Source: an uncultured Bacteroides sp.
GTDB taxonomy: Bacteria; Bacteroidota; Bacteroidia; G022818785
Length of the DNA: 64,000 nucleotides
NCBI GenBank assembly: GCA_964620755.1
Contig: CAZUHH010000008.1
Location: 19,650 to 83,649 of the forward strand
Direction of reading: 5' to 3'
A model generated the notes under the pieces. It was not told the origin of the DNA. It ran no database searches and saw only the letters and a list, made by a program, of their open reading frames with translations. A program made the position numbers and the translations under genes. Each line of letters starts with the position of its first letter. The stretch's first letter is position 1. Below, piece after piece: positions 40,544 to 51,594 of the stretch.

Positions 40544-41989
40544 ATGTTAAAAAAATCAGAACTTGACAATAAAATTGTTACAGACTTAAGAATTATAGCC
40601 AAAAAATTAAATTTAAAAAATTATTTATCACTACGTAAGTCAGATTTAATATTGAAAATTTTAAATTACCAAAATTCAATTGTTAATAATAAACAACAAA
40701 ATATGGATATTACAAAACATAAATCAAATAATAATTTAAATAAAAATGAAATTGTTAAGACAAATCATACCAAATATAAAAAAAATATTAAAAAACAAGA
40801 TATAGGCAATACTAATTTTATTAACCATAACAATTCTTCTAACAATATTATTAATAATATTGATTTTTCCGACTTTGATAATATTATTAGCAATGAAGGT
40901 GTTTTAGAAATAATGCCTGATGGTTATGGATTTTTACGCTCTTCAGATTATAACTATTTAAATTCACCAGATGATATTTATGTTTCGCAATCCCAAATAA
41001 AGCTTTTTGGATTAAGAAATGGTGATACAATAAAAGGTAACATAAGACCACCTAAAGATGGTGAAAAATATTTTCCATTAATTAAAATAGAATTAGTGAA
41101 TAATTCTGATTTAATATCTATTAGAGATAGAGTTTCATTTGATTATTTAACACCTTTATTTCCTAATGAAAAAATTAATTTAATTACTAGTAAAACAAAA
41201 TATTCCACTAGAATTATGGATTTAATTACTCCAATAGGAAAAGGGCAAAGAGGTATGATAGTAGCACAACCTAAAACAGGTAAAACTCAATTGTTAAAAG
41301 ATGTTGCTAATGCTATTTCAATTAATCATCCAGAAATTTATTTAATAATATTATTGATTGATGAAAGACCTGAAGAAGTAACAGATATGTCAAGAAGTGT
41401 AAGAGCTGAAGTTATAGCATCAACATTTGATGAACCAGCTGACAGACATGTTAAAGTTGCAAATATTGTACTTGAAAAAGCAAAAAGAATGGTAGAATGT
41501 GGTCATGATGTTGCTATTTTATTAGATTCTATTACAAGATTAGCAAGAGCTTATAATACAGTTACTCCTGCATCAGGTAAAATATTATCTGGAGGAGTAG
41601 ATGCTAATGCATTACATAAACCTAAAAGATTTTTTGGAGCAGCAAGAAAAATAGAAAATGGAGGATCATTAACAATATTAGCATCTGCAATGATTGATAC
41701 AGGCTCTAAAATGGATGAAGTTATTTTTGAAGAATTTAAGGGAACAGGTAATATGGAATTACAATTAGATAGGAAATTATCTAATAGAAGAATATATCCT
41801 TCTATAGATATAACTTCATCTAGCACTAGAAGAGAAGAAATCTTAGTCAAAAAAGAGTTTTTACAAAAAACATGGATTTTAAGAAAATATTTATCTGATA
41901 TGAATTCTCAAGAAGCAATAGAATTTTTAATATCTCATATGCGTAATACTGATAATAATGAAGAATTGCTAATTTCTATGAACAGATAA
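40544..41989 (+). CDS. rho: Transcription termination factor Rho with an Asn/Lys-rich N-terminal insertion
   Basis: 481 aa. Rho_N helix bundle, RNA-binding [15 protein letters not shown], Walker [19 protein letters not shown], and Q/R loops ([17 protein letters not shown]). Confidence 0.95.
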   Translation: MLKKSELDNKIVTDLRIIAKKLNLKNYLSLRKSDLILKILNYQNSIVNNKQQNMDITKHKSNNNLNKNEIVKTNHTKYKKNIKKQDIGNTNFINHNNSSNNIINNIDFSDFDNIISNEGVLEIMPDGYGFLRSSDYNYLNSPDDIYVSQSQIKLFGLRNGDTIKGNIRPPKDGEKYFPLIKIELVNNSDLISIRDRVSFDYLTPLFPNEKINLITSKTKYSTRIMDLITPIGKGQRGMIVAQPKTGKTQLLKDVANAISINHPEIYLIILLIDERPEEVTDMSRSVRAEVIASTFDEPADRHVKVANIVLEKAKRMVECGHDVAILLDSITRLARAYNTVTPASGKILSGGVDANALHKPKRFFGAARKIENGGSLTILASAMIDTGSKMDEVIFEEFKGTGNMELQLDRKLSNRRIYPSIDITSSSTRREEILVKKEFLQKTWILRKYLSDMNSQEAIEFLISHMRNTDNNEELLISMNR

Positions 41990-41990
41990 A

Positions 41991-42665
41991 ATGAAATTAA
42001 AAAAAAATATTGCCAATATAATTTCTTTATTAAATCTATTGTTAGGATTGATTGGTATAAGTTTACTAATGCAAAGTTATTTATTTAGCAGTAATATTAT
42101 TATTTTAATAACTTCTTTTTTTGATTTTTTTGATGGATTTATTGCTAAAAAATTTAATATTACAAGTAATTTTGGAAAAAGACTAGATACTTTAGTAGAT
42201 ATTATTAATTTTGGAGTTGCTCCAGCATTATCATTATTTACATTATTAAATAATAATTATTTATTATATAATCAGTTTTTATCATATAGTATATTTTTAT
42301 TTGTAATATGTTCTGTGATTAGATTATCAAATCATCAATTAGTAACATTTAACAATAATTATTTTATAGGTATGCCTATAACCGCTGCAGCTATTTTAAT
42401 TAGTAGTTTAGTATTAGCATGTTTATCATATACTAAAATTTATTTAGTAGCTATAAATTATTTCTTAGTATATTTGATAATAATCATATTATGTATTTTA
42501 ATGTTATCCTCTATAAGATTTTTTAAAATTTATTTTAATAAAAATTTATACATTATTATTCCTATATTGTTTTTTTCTGTTTATTATTATATATTTTTAT
42601 TTATAATAGTTATATTATATATTTTATTATCTATTTTTAATCATTTTTTTATAAAAAAATGTTAG
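41991..42665 (+). CDS. pssA: CDP-diacylglycerol--serine O-phosphatidyltransferase
   Basis: 224-aa polytopic protein. CDP-alcohol motif DFFDGFIAKKFNITSNFGKRLDTLVDIINFGVAPA. Confidence 0.8.
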   Translation: MKLKKNIANIISLLNLLLGLIGISLLMQSYLFSSNIIILITSFFDFFDGFIAKKFNITSNFGKRLDTLVDIINFGVAPALSLFTLLNNNYLLYNQFLSYSIFLFVICSVIRLSNHQLVTFNNNYFIGMPITAAAILISSLVLACLSYTKIYLVAINYFLVYLIIIILCILMLSSIRFFKIYFNKNLYIIIPILFFSVYYYIFLFIIVILYILLSIFNHFFIKKC

Positions 42666-42678
42666 TAGTAAAATTAAA

Positions 42679-43110
42679 ATGTTATCTGAAATAAAAAAGA
42701 TAAATTTTTATCAAAAATATAATTTTAAAATTAAAAATATTGACAAGTTTAAATTTTATCTTATTAAAATTATTAATGAAGAAAATAAAATATTAATTAA
42801 TATAAATTATATATTGTGTTCTGACAATTATTTGTTAAAAATTAACAAAAAATATTTGTATCATAATTATTATACAGATGTAATAACTTTTAATAATTCA
42901 AATAAGAATAAATATTTAGAAGGAGATATTTTTATTAGTATTGATATGATTAAATATAATGCTTCTTTATTTAAAAATACTTTCAAACAAGAATTGATAA
43001 GAGTTATCATACATGGAATATTACATTTATGTGGCTATAATGATAATACTGAATATAACAAATATTTAATGACAAAAATGGAAAATTATTATATAAATAA
43101 ATTCATCTAA
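42679..43110 (+). CDS. ybeY: rRNA maturation RNase YbeY
   Basis: 143 aa. Zinc motif HGILHLCGYND. Confidence 0.88.
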   Translation: MLSEIKKINFYQKYNFKIKNIDKFKFYLIKIINEENKILININYILCSDNYLLKINKKYLYHNYYTDVITFNNSNKNKYLEGDIFISIDMIKYNASLFKNTFKQELIRVIIHGILHLCGYNDNTEYNKYLMTKMENYYINKFI

Positions 43111-43121
43111 CAATTCTCTTT

Positions 43122-44099
43122 ATGAAAAATACTAAAGATATAATAAATAATTTTGGTAATCATATTCAGGACTCAGTTAATAATTATTATCTACATAATA
43201 TTGATATCAAAAATATTAGCAATATAGTGATATATGGCATAGGAGTTTCATATATATCTGGTAATATAGTATCAAGATATTTTTATAATAAAATATCTAT
43301 ACCAATTAATATTATATCTGATTGTATTGTTCCAAGATATGTTAATAAAAACAGTTTATTAATTTTATTAACTTCTTATATGCAAAATACTGAAATACTT
43401 TCAGTATATAATATTTTAATTAAAAGAAAAATATCTAAAATAATTGTTATTAGTTATAATGATAATTTTTTTTCAAAAAATGACTTTATTAATATTATAC
43501 ATTATAAAATACCTTTTGAATATAATAATGATATTAGTATTGGATATTCAATGACATATTTATTTCAGATATTATTTGAATTAATTAATATTTATTGTAA
43601 ATCAGAAATAAGTAAGATTGCTGAATTAATGTTAAATACTAATAATTATACTATAGAAGCAACTGAAATATGTAAAAATTTTAATACATATATTGGAAAT
43701 TCTTATATTGTTATATCTGATTTTTTATTTCAATATTTAGGATTAAGATTTTGTCAACAAATATGTAGCAATACTAATATAAATGCTATTAATACTACAA
43801 TATCTAATTTGGTACATATATTTAAAAATAAAATATTATTTGATAATACAAATTATTTAATCATTAATAGTAGAATTAATGATTTTAATAATCAATGTTT
43901 TGGAATAATAAGACAAATATTACAAAAAAGAAGAATAAATATTATTGATATTGTAATTAAAAATAGATCATTATATGATATTTATCATACTTTATATATT
44001 TTAGATTGGATAGCTTACTATATTCATATTAATAGTAAATCTTTTAATGAAAAAAAAAATGATTTAAATCTATTAAACGATTTTTTATACAAAAATTGA
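43122..44099 (+). CDS. SIS-domain-like protein (possibly phosphoglucose/phosphomannose isomerase family)
   Basis: 325 aa. N-terminal IVIYGIGVSYISGNIV resembles the SIS phosphosugar-binding loop (G.G.S...G). The assignment is weak. Confidence 0.3.
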   Translation: MKNTKDIINNFGNHIQDSVNNYYLHNIDIKNISNIVIYGIGVSYISGNIVSRYFYNKISIPINIISDCIVPRYVNKNSLLILLTSYMQNTEILSVYNILIKRKISKIIVISYNDNFFSKNDFINIIHYKIPFEYNNDISIGYSMTYLFQILFELINIYCKSEISKIAELMLNTNNYTIEATEICKNFNTYIGNSYIVISDFLFQYLGLRFCQQICSNTNINAINTTISNLVHIFKNKILFDNTNYLIINSRINDFNNQCFGIIRQILQKRRINIIDIVIKNRSLYDIYHTLYILDWIAYYIHINSKSFNEKKNDLNLLNDFLYKN

Positions 44100-44136
44100 T
44101 TATATTAATATTAATTACACTTCTTATATTATTATA

Positions 44137-45336
44137 ATGGAAAAATATATGAAAATATTATCAAATAGAATCAATAAAATTAATGAATCATCTACTATGA
44201 TAATGGCTGCTAAAGCAAAAAAAATGATGAATAATGGTATTGATATTATTAATTTAAGTATAGGCGAATTAGATTTTGATATAGCACAACATATCAAAGA
44301 TGCTGCTAAAATAGCAATAGATAATAATATTTCTCATTATTCTCCTGTGCCTGGATATGATGATCTCAGATTGTCTATTGTAAATAAATTAAAAAAAGAT
44401 AATAATTTAGATTTTGATATAAATAATATTATTGTTAGCACTGGAGCTAAACAATCAATTTTTAACTTAGTTATATCAATAATAAATTGTAATGACGAAG
44501 TAATAATACCAAAACCTTATTGGGTTTCATATAGTGAGATAGTTAAAATTGCTAATGGTAAATGTATTTTTATAGATACTAATATTAAAAATAATTTTAA
44601 AATTACAAAATATCAATTAGAAAATGCAATAACTGATAAAACTAAGTTGTTTATGTTTTCTTCTCCTGCTAATCCTACAGGTAGTGTATATAATGAAAAA
44701 GAATTAGAAGAATTAGCTGAAGTATTTACAAAATATCCTAATGTTTATATCATGTCTGATGAAATATATGAATTTATTTGTTATAAAAATAAACATGTTA
44801 GTATTGGACAATATAAAAATTTAAAAGATAGAACTATCATAATAAATGGATGTTCTAAAGGAAATGCAATGACTGGATGGAGAATAGGTTATTTAGCAGG
44901 TCCTAAACATATTGTTAATGCTTGTATTAAAATACAAGGTCATTCTACATCAGGAGCTTGTAGCATTGCACAAAAAGCTGCAATTAAAGCTATAGATTGT
45001 GGTGTTGATAAAAATATGATTAAAGAGCTTGAGAATAGAAGAAATTTAGTTTATTCAATATTAAGCACTATTAAAGAAATAAAAATTAATAAACCTGAAG
45101 GAGCTTTTTATTTTTTTATAGATATTAGTTTTTTTTATGGTAAAAAATATAATAATCATATTATTAATAATGCATGTGATTTTACTGACTTGTTATTAAA
45201 ATATGCTAATATTGTAGTTGTTAGTGGTAAAGATTTTGGAAATAATAAATATATAAGACTATCATATAGTGTAAATACTATAAAACTTAAAATTGCAATT
45301 CAAAATTTGAAATTATTTATTAATAATATTAAGTGA
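44137..45336 (+). CDS. Pyridoxal-phosphate-dependent aminotransferase, class I (aspartate aminotransferase type)
   Basis: 399 aa. NLSIGELDF, SSPANPTG, PLP-lysine block CSKGNAMTGWRIGY. Ends in TGA. Confidence 0.85.
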   Translation: MEKYMKILSNRINKINESSTMIMAAKAKKMMNNGIDIINLSIGELDFDIAQHIKDAAKIAIDNNISHYSPVPGYDDLRLSIVNKLKKDNNLDFDINNIIVSTGAKQSIFNLVISIINCNDEVIIPKPYWVSYSEIVKIANGKCIFIDTNIKNNFKITKYQLENAITDKTKLFMFSSPANPTGSVYNEKELEELAEVFTKYPNVYIMSDEIYEFICYKNKHVSIGQYKNLKDRTIIINGCSKGNAMTGWRIGYLAGPKHIVNACIKIQGHSTSGACSIAQKAAIKAIDCGVDKNMIKELENRRNLVYSILSTIKEIKINKPEGAFYFFIDISFFYGKKYNNHIINNACDFTDLLLKYANIVVVSGKDFGNNKYIRLSYSVNTIKLKIAIQNLKLFINNIK

Positions 45337-45341
45337 ATTAT

Positions 45342-46808
45342 TTATATATAATACCATATACTACCTTTTTTATTATCTTCAATTTGTATACCTTGATCAT
45401 TTAATTTTGAACGTATAATATCAGATAAGATAAAATCATTATTAGATTTTATTTTATTTCTTATATCAATTATTAAATCTACAATAGAAGAAATATCAAT
45501 ACATTCGTTGTGTTTATTTGGTGACAATCCTAAAATATCTATTAAGAAAATATGATATATTTTTTTTAATTTATTTAAATCAATATCTGTAATACTATCT
45601 ATTGAATTATAAATAGAACTTATTATTCGAGCTATTTTAAATAAAACATCAATTAACATAGATGTATTAAAATCGTTATTAATAGCATTATAACATTCAT
45701 TATTAAGGTTATTTATATCTATAGTAGATATTAAAGACGTTTTTAATAAATTTAATAAATTATTTGCAATAAATAATCTTTTGAGAGATATATAAGCCTT
45801 TTGCAAATTTTCATTTGAAAAATTTAATACATTGTGATAATTATGTTTAAGAATTAAAAATCTAATTGTCATAGGATCATATTTTCTGTTTAAAATTGAT
45901 TTTTTATTTATAAAACAATCTTCTATACTAATGCTATTATGTAAAGATTTACTCATTTTTTTATTGTTAATCATTACCATTTCATGATGTATCCAATAAT
46001 TTGCTAAGCTACTATTATAACATGATTTTGCTTGAGATATTTCAGATTCGTGATGTGGAAATATTAAATCTATTCCTCCGCCATGAATATCAAACAATTC
46101 ACCTAAATATTTAACACTCATAGCAACACATTCTGTATGCCATCCTGGATATCCATAACCCCAAGGAGAATTCCATTTAATAATATGTTCTTTAGAAGCA
46201 TTTTTCCATAAAGCAAAATCTATACTATTTAATTTATCATATTTGTAATTTAGTAAACGAGAATATATATTATTATTATAATTAGAAAAATTTCTTTTTG
46301 ATAAACTACCATATTGATAATAATTATTAAATTTTTTTATATCAAAATACACTGAATTATTATTAATATAAGCATGACCTCTTCTAATAATTAATTTAAT
46401 TAAATCAATTTGTTCAATAATATGTCCAGATGCATTGGGTTCTATGCTAGGTTTTAAAACATTTAACTTGCTTAAAACATTATTATATTGATTTGTATAA
46501 TATTGAGATAATTCAGCAGGACTAATATTTAATTTTATAGATGCTTTAATAATTTTATCTTCTTCAATATTGTCATTGTTATATAAATGACCAATATCTG
46601 TTATATTGCGCACGTAACATATTTTATATTTTAAATGTTTAAAATATCTATAAATTATGTCAAAAAATATAGCTGATCTAGCGTGACCTAAATGAGAATA
46701 ATCATATACTGTAGGTCCACATACATACATTTTTACTTCTAACTTTTTAATAGGTTGAAATTTTTCTTTTCTTTTGGAAAGTGAATTATAAATACACAAG
46801 TTATTCAT
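45342..46808 (-). CDS. cysS: Cysteine--tRNA ligase
   Basis: 488 aa. CGPTVYDYSHLGHARS (HIGH), WHTEC zinc site, KMSKS. Confidence 0.93.
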   Translation of the reverse strand: MNNLCIYNSLSKRKEKFQPIKKLEVKMYVCGPTVYDYSHLGHARSAIFFDIIYRYFKHLKYKICYVRNITDIGHLYNNDNIEEDKIIKASIKLNISPAELSQYYTNQYNNVLSKLNVLKPSIEPNASGHIIEQIDLIKLIIRRGHAYINNNSVYFDIKKFNNYYQYGSLSKRNFSNYNNNIYSRLLNYKYDKLNSIDFALWKNASKEHIIKWNSPWGYGYPGWHTECVAMSVKYLGELFDIHGGGIDLIFPHHESEISQAKSCYNSSLANYWIHHEMVMINNKKMSKSLHNSISIEDCFINKKSILNRKYDPMTIRFLILKHNYHNVLNFSNENLQKAYISLKRLFIANNLLNLLKTSLISTIDINNLNNECYNAINNDFNTSMLIDVLFKIARIISSIYNSIDSITDIDLNKLKKIYHIFLIDILGLSPNKHNECIDISSIVDLIIDIRNKIKSNNDFILSDIIRSKLNDQGIQIEDNKKGSIWYYI

Positions 46809-46975
46809 TTAATTATATCTTAATTTTACGTTTTATGATAAACCTATCTAAAAAAAATAAAAATAACAAATGTTACAATTATTCCTTATATTATATTATT
46901 CAAAATAATAATTTATTGTTAAAATAATAAACTAATAGTTTAGTTATATAATTATTCATTATAATACAATATAAT

Positions 46976-48232
46976 ATGCAATTTAATAAGATAGCTATTA
47001 ATAAAAATACATATTCATTAATTATAATAAGTATTTTATTTTTTACTTTTGGTTTTATCACTTGGTTAAATGCATTGTTAATACCATTTTTAAAATTAAT
47101 ATGTCAATTAAATGAATATGAAGCATATTTTGTTACATTTTCATTTTATATTTCTTATTTTATAATAGCATTACCATCATCTATAATGATATATAATATA
47201 GGTTATAAAAACAGTATTATAACAGGATTATTAATCATGAGTTTAGGATTAATAGTATTTATACCAGCAGCTATCTTGCATTTTTATTTTATATTTTTAA
47301 TAGGTCTTTTTTTACAAGGTATCGGTATTGTAATATTACAAACCGCCATTAATCCATATATAACAATATTAGGTCCTATTAAAAGTGCAGCTAGAAGAAT
47401 TAGTATAGTAGGAATATGTAATAAATTAGCTGGTATTATAAGTCCATTAATTTTTGCTAATATACTATTAAAAGACATAGATTTTATAAAAAATAAAATA
47501 TCAAATTTATCAATAATAGAACAAAACATAATTTTAAATGAATTAAGTAAAAAAATAATATATCCATATTTAATAATGGCATTAACTATTTTAATATTAT
47601 GTTTAATAGTTCGGAATTCAAATTTACCGAAATTAGATAATAACAATTGTAATAATATAACTTCAATAAAAAAAATTTATAAATATCCTAATTTGATAGG
47701 AGGAGTAATATCTTTATTTTTTTATGTAGGTGCAGAAGTTATAGTTATTGATTCTATAATATCATATGCTCAATGGTTAGGCATAAATATTAAATATGCT
47801 ACATTATTACCTTCAATAGCATTAATTTTTATGATATTAGGATATTTAATAGGTATTATAGTAATACCTAAATATTTTAATCAAAATACTGGATTAAAAA
47901 TATGTTCATTATCAGGTTTTTTTATATCATTATTTGTTTGTTTTATGCCTATAAGTACTATGAATAGTAAATTTATCAATGTTGTGATATTATCTTTTTT
48001 AGGTATATCTAATTCTTTAATATGGCCTATAATATGGCCTTTATCACTTAATAAATTATATAATTTTACAAAAATAGGATCTGCAATATTAGTTATGGGA
48101 GTATCAGGAGGCGCTATTATCCCACTTATATATGGTAAATTGTCTTTGATATTTGATCCTCAAAAAGGATATATAATTTTAATTTTATGTTATTGTATAA
48201 TATTTATTTTTTCAATGAAAGAATGGAAATAA
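46976..48232 (+). CDS. Sugar MFS transporter (glucose/galactose or fucose permease family)
   Basis: 418 aa, 12 TM helices. The N-terminal block FFTFGFITWLNALLIPFLKLICQLNEYEAYFVTF matches the FucP/GluP family pattern. Confidence 0.7.
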   Translation: MQFNKIAINKNTYSLIIISILFFTFGFITWLNALLIPFLKLICQLNEYEAYFVTFSFYISYFIIALPSSIMIYNIGYKNSIITGLLIMSLGLIVFIPAAILHFYFIFLIGLFLQGIGIVILQTAINPYITILGPIKSAARRISIVGICNKLAGIISPLIFANILLKDIDFIKNKISNLSIIEQNIILNELSKKIIYPYLIMALTILILCLIVRNSNLPKLDNNNCNNITSIKKIYKYPNLIGGVISLFFYVGAEVIVIDSIISYAQWLGINIKYATLLPSIALIFMILGYLIGIIVIPKYFNQNTGLKICSLSGFFISLFVCFMPISTMNSKFINVVILSFLGISNSLIWPIIWPLSLNKLYNFTKIGSAILVMGVSGGAIIPLIYGKLSLIFDPQKGYIILILCYCIIFIFSMKEWK

Positions 48233-48246
48233 TAATAATAATATTT

Positions 48247-49563
48247 TCATATTTTTTTAAATAATCTATTATGTAGTAAATTCATAGTTTGATATTTATT
48301 ATTAGTATCAATTAAAAATGAAATATTATTTTTGCTACCTCCATAACATATCATATGTAAAGGTATATTTTTAACAGCTTCTAATGCATTGATTGCTATT
48401 TGAGATTTAAGATTAATTAAATCTCCTACTATACATATAATTGTTTGATTTTCGTTAATTTCTATTTCACCATAATTTTTAATATCATTTTGAATTTTAT
48501 TAATGAATTTATTATTATCTATAGTCAGTGATATTGCAATTTCAGAGGTAGTTATCATATCTATAGGAGTTTTATATTTATCAAAAACTTCAAAAACTTT
48601 TTTTAAAAAACCATAAGCCATTAACATTCTACTAGATTTTATATTAATAAAAGTTATATTATCTTTAGCAGCTATTGCTTTAATAATTCCTATTCTTCTT
48701 TCAGAATTAATTAATGTTCCAGGTAAATATGTTTTCATAGTATTTAATAATCTAATAGGAATATTATTTTTTTGAGCTGGTAATACACTACATGGATGCA
48801 AAATTTTTGCACCAAAATATGATAATTCAGCTGCTTCTTCAAATGATAATTGAGGTATATAGCTTGTATTTTGAACTATTCTAGGATCATTATTATGCAT
48901 ACCATCTATATCAGTCCATATTTGGACCTCAGAACTTTGAATAGCCGAACCTATTATAGAAGCTGTATAATCGCTTCCACCTCTTTTTAAATTGTCAATA
49001 TCATTATTGATATTTCGACATATATATCCTTGGGTAATAAATAATAAATTTGTATCAGTAATTTTACTTATAAGTTTTTTAAGATTAATTTTTATATAAT
49101 CAAATATAGGTTCATTATTTTCGTCAATTTTCATAAAATCTAGTGCAGGTAACAGGTAAGATTTAATTCCTATTTCATGTAAGTATAAATTAAATAAATT
49201 AGTAGATATCAATTCACCTTGAGCCAAAATAATATTTACTTGTTGTTTATTTAAAAAAGCATTATTGAATGATTTTATAATATCAAAATGATATTTTATG
49301 ATTAATAATGATTTATTAAAATAAAATGAATTATTGTATAATTTTTTGTTTAATAATATATAATCGTCATATAATTTATTAATGAGTTTATTTTTTTTAT
49401 CTTTTATGTTATAATAACGTATTATTTCTAATAATGTATTAGTAGTTCCTGCAATAGCTGATAATACAATGATACTTGATTCATGTAAATTAATAATATT
49501 AATCAAGTTTTTAATCCTAGATGCCGTACCAATAGATGTTCCTCCAAATTTTAATACTTTCAT
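48247..49563 (-). CDS. lysC: Aspartate kinase (monofunctional)
   Basis: MKVLKFGGTSIG N-terminus, RGGSDYTA, C-terminal ACT repeats. The ATG at 49563 is preferred over the TTG at 49581 in the track. Confidence 0.9.
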   Translation of the reverse strand: MKVLKFGGTSIGTASRIKNLINIINLHESSIIVLSAIAGTTNTLLEIIRYYNIKDKKNKLINKLYDDYILLNKKLYNNSFYFNKSLLIIKYHFDIIKSFNNAFLNKQQVNIILAQGELISTNLFNLYLHEIGIKSYLLPALDFMKIDENNEPIFDYIKINLKKLISKITDTNLLFITQGYICRNINNDIDNLKRGGSDYTASIIGSAIQSSEVQIWTDIDGMHNNDPRIVQNTSYIPQLSFEEAAELSYFGAKILHPCSVLPAQKNNIPIRLLNTMKTYLPGTLINSERRIGIIKAIAAKDNITFINIKSSRMLMAYGFLKKVFEVFDKYKTPIDMITTSEIAISLTIDNNKFINKIQNDIKNYGEIEINENQTIICIVGDLINLKSQIAINALEAVKNIPLHMICYGGSKNNISFLIDTNNKYQTMNLLHNRLFKKI

Positions 49564-49678
49564 AAACAATTTATTTAACAATAACTTAAATTATTTTATT
49601 ATAATAATCAGTATTATATAATATTAACAAGTTTTATATAAATAATTAATATTAAAAATTTGCATTTATATATTAGAA

Positions 49679-49752
49679 TGATCCCGAGAGGATTCGAACC
49701 TCTGACCAATTGCTTAGAAGGCAATTGCTCTATCCTGCTGAGCTACGGGACC
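49679..49752 (-). tRNA. tRNA-Arg (anticodon TCT)
   Basis: Reverse complement GGTCCCGTAGCTCAGCAGGATAGAGCAATTGCCTTCTAAGCAATTGGTCAGAGGTTCGAATCCTCTCGGGATCA folds as a cloverleaf. Anticodon stem ATTGC/GCAAT with loop CTTCTAA. Confidence 0.9.
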
Positions 49753-49938
49753 TTAATTATTATTATTAATTAATGATAATATTCCGTCAAATATACGCAA
49801 AAACTATATAATTATTAGTATTATACTATATATACAAAATATATTATATTTTGTCAATTGTAAACTGTATTTAATTGAAAAAAAATCCTGTTTTAAAAGA
49901 TATAAAATTATTAGATTTGATTGTGTATTTTTTTTTAT

Positions 49939-50012
49939 AGACTTGTAGCTTAATTGGATAAAGCACCTGACTACGGATCAGAAGATTAAGGGTTCGAGTC
50001 CCTTCAAGTCTG
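49939..50012 (+). tRNA. tRNA-Arg (anticodon ACG)
   Basis: AGACTTG-TA-GCTT..AAGC-A-CCTGA-CTACGGA-TCAGA-AGATT-AAGGG-TTCGAGT-CCCTT-CAAGTCT-G. Clean cloverleaf with loop CTACGGA. Confidence 0.9.
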
Positions 50013-50039
50013 TCATGATGTTTATTTTTTATTTAATTT

Positions 50040-50624
50040 ATGTTGAATATTATTTTAATGGGCCCTCCAGGATCAGGTAAGGGCACTCAAGCTAAAAATA
50101 TTTATAATTATTATAATTATAAACATATTGATATTGGTAATATATTACGTAATAATATATTGAATAAAAATATTACAAGTAAAATATTATTAAATAATAT
50201 TAATAATGGTGTATTAATAAATGATGATTTTATAATAAAAATAGTAAAAGAAAATATAAATTTTAATAAAGGTTATGTGTTTGATGGTATTCCTAGAACT
50301 ATAAATCAAGCCGTAATGTTAAATGATTTATTGCATAGTAAACAACAATTTATTGATCTGGTTTTATTATTTAATATTGATTACGATAATATATTATACC
50401 GTATTTTTAACAGATTAAAAATTGAGAAAAGGAAAGATGATAATAATGATATTGCTATTAACAATAGAATTAAAGAATTTTATGATAAAACATTTCCTAT
50501 AATAAATTTTTATAAAAAGAATACTGAAGTGTTCAATATTAATGGCAATAAATCCTCTTCTGAGATTTTTAATAAAATAATTAATATTATTGACGATAAA
50601 TTAATAAATAAAAATGCAAAGTAA
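50040..50624 (+). CDS. adk: Adenylate kinase (short-lid form)
   Basis: 194 aa. P-loop GPPGSGKGTQ and FDGIPRT. Confidence 0.9.
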   Translation: MLNIILMGPPGSGKGTQAKNIYNYYNYKHIDIGNILRNNILNKNITSKILLNNINNGVLINDDFIIKIVKENINFNKGYVFDGIPRTINQAVMLNDLLHSKQQFIDLVLLFNIDYDNILYRIFNRLKIEKRKDDNNDIAINNRIKEFYDKTFPIINFYKKNTEVFNINGNKSSSEIFNKIINIIDDKLINKNAK

Positions 50625-51594
50625 TAAACTTGTTGACTATGTAAAATTATATTGTATATCGGGTAATGGTGGTGATGGAATAATTAATTTTAGAAAAAGT
50701 TACAAAAATTCTAGAGGAGGTCCTGATGGAGGCTCAGGAGGTAAAGGAGGTAATATAATGATTAAAGGAAATAAAAGTTTAAAAAATTTAAACCATATAA
50801 AAAAATATAAAGGTATTGTTAAAGCACAATCTGGTTTTATAGGAAAAAAAAATCTAAAAAATGGCAAAAATGGTAATAATACTATTATTGATGTTCCAAT
50901 AGGTACAATTGTTAAGAATTGTAATAATAGTATTAAATTTGAAATTGTTAATTCATTAGATTGCAAAAATTTATTAAGTGGAGCTAATGGTGGAAAAGGA
51001 AATTATAATTTTAAAACATCAATTAATCAATCACCTATATTAGCTGAAAAAGGTAAAATTGGATTAAAAAAAAATTATATTTTAGAATATAGAATGCCAA
51101 TTAATTTAAGTATAATAGGATTACCTAATACAGGTAAATCAACTTTATTATCTATTTTATCAAATGCAAAACCTAATATATCATCATATCCTTTTACTAC
51201 AACATCACCTAATTTAGGTATTATGTATTGTAATTGCTATAATAATATTATTATAGCAGATATGCCAGGTATAATATCAGGATCTGCTAATGGAAAAGGT
51301 AAAGGATTGCAATTTTTAAAGCATATTGATAAATGTTGTTTGTTAATTTTTTTAATTTCATTTGATAGTTATAATATAGAATCGGATTATAAAATATTAT
51401 TAAATGAAATAAAACAATTTAATAAATCATTATTATTAATACCTTATATAGTTGTTGTTAATAAATATGATTTATTAACAAATGATGATATTATCAAAAT
51501 CAATAAAATATATAATAATCCTTTATATATTTCATCAAAAAACAATACTGGAATTAAATCTTTAAAAAAAATTATTTGTAATAAAATATGTTAA
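50614..51594 (+). CDS. obg: GTPase Obg/CgtA
   Basis: 326 aa. Glycine-rich Obg fold (GNGGDG, GGPDGGSGGKGG), G1 GLPNTGKST, G3 DMPG, G4 NKYD. Confidence 0.92.
   Translation: MQSNKLVDYVKLYCISGNGGDGIINFRKSYKNSRGGPDGGSGGKGGNIMIKGNKSLKNLNHIKKYKGIVKAQSGFIGKKNLKNGKNGNNTIIDVPIGTIVKNCNNSIKFEIVNSLDCKNLLSGANGGKGNYNFKTSINQSPILAEKGKIGLKKNYILEYRMPINLSIIGLPNTGKSTLLSILSNAKPNISSYPFTTTSPNLGIMYCNCYNNIIIADMPGIISGSANGKGKGLQFLKHIDKCCLLIFLISFDSYNIESDYKILLNEIKQFNKSLLLIPYIVVVNKYDLLTNDDIIKINKIYNNPLYISSKNNTGIKSLKKIICNKIC

Noticed and set aside
49564-49678. Possible lysine riboswitch (L-box) upstream of lysC, and riboswitches upstream of glyA, the transporters and the menaquinone genes.
   Set aside because: The spacers are short (about 115 nt for lysC) and almost pure A/T, without the G/C-rich helices these elements require.
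49679-50012. Divergently oriented pair of tRNA-Arg genes (TCT and ACG) separated by 186 nt, considered as a possible recombination or integration hotspot.
   Set aside because: There are no flanking repeats, integrase remnants or foreign genes. The flanks are lysC and adk.
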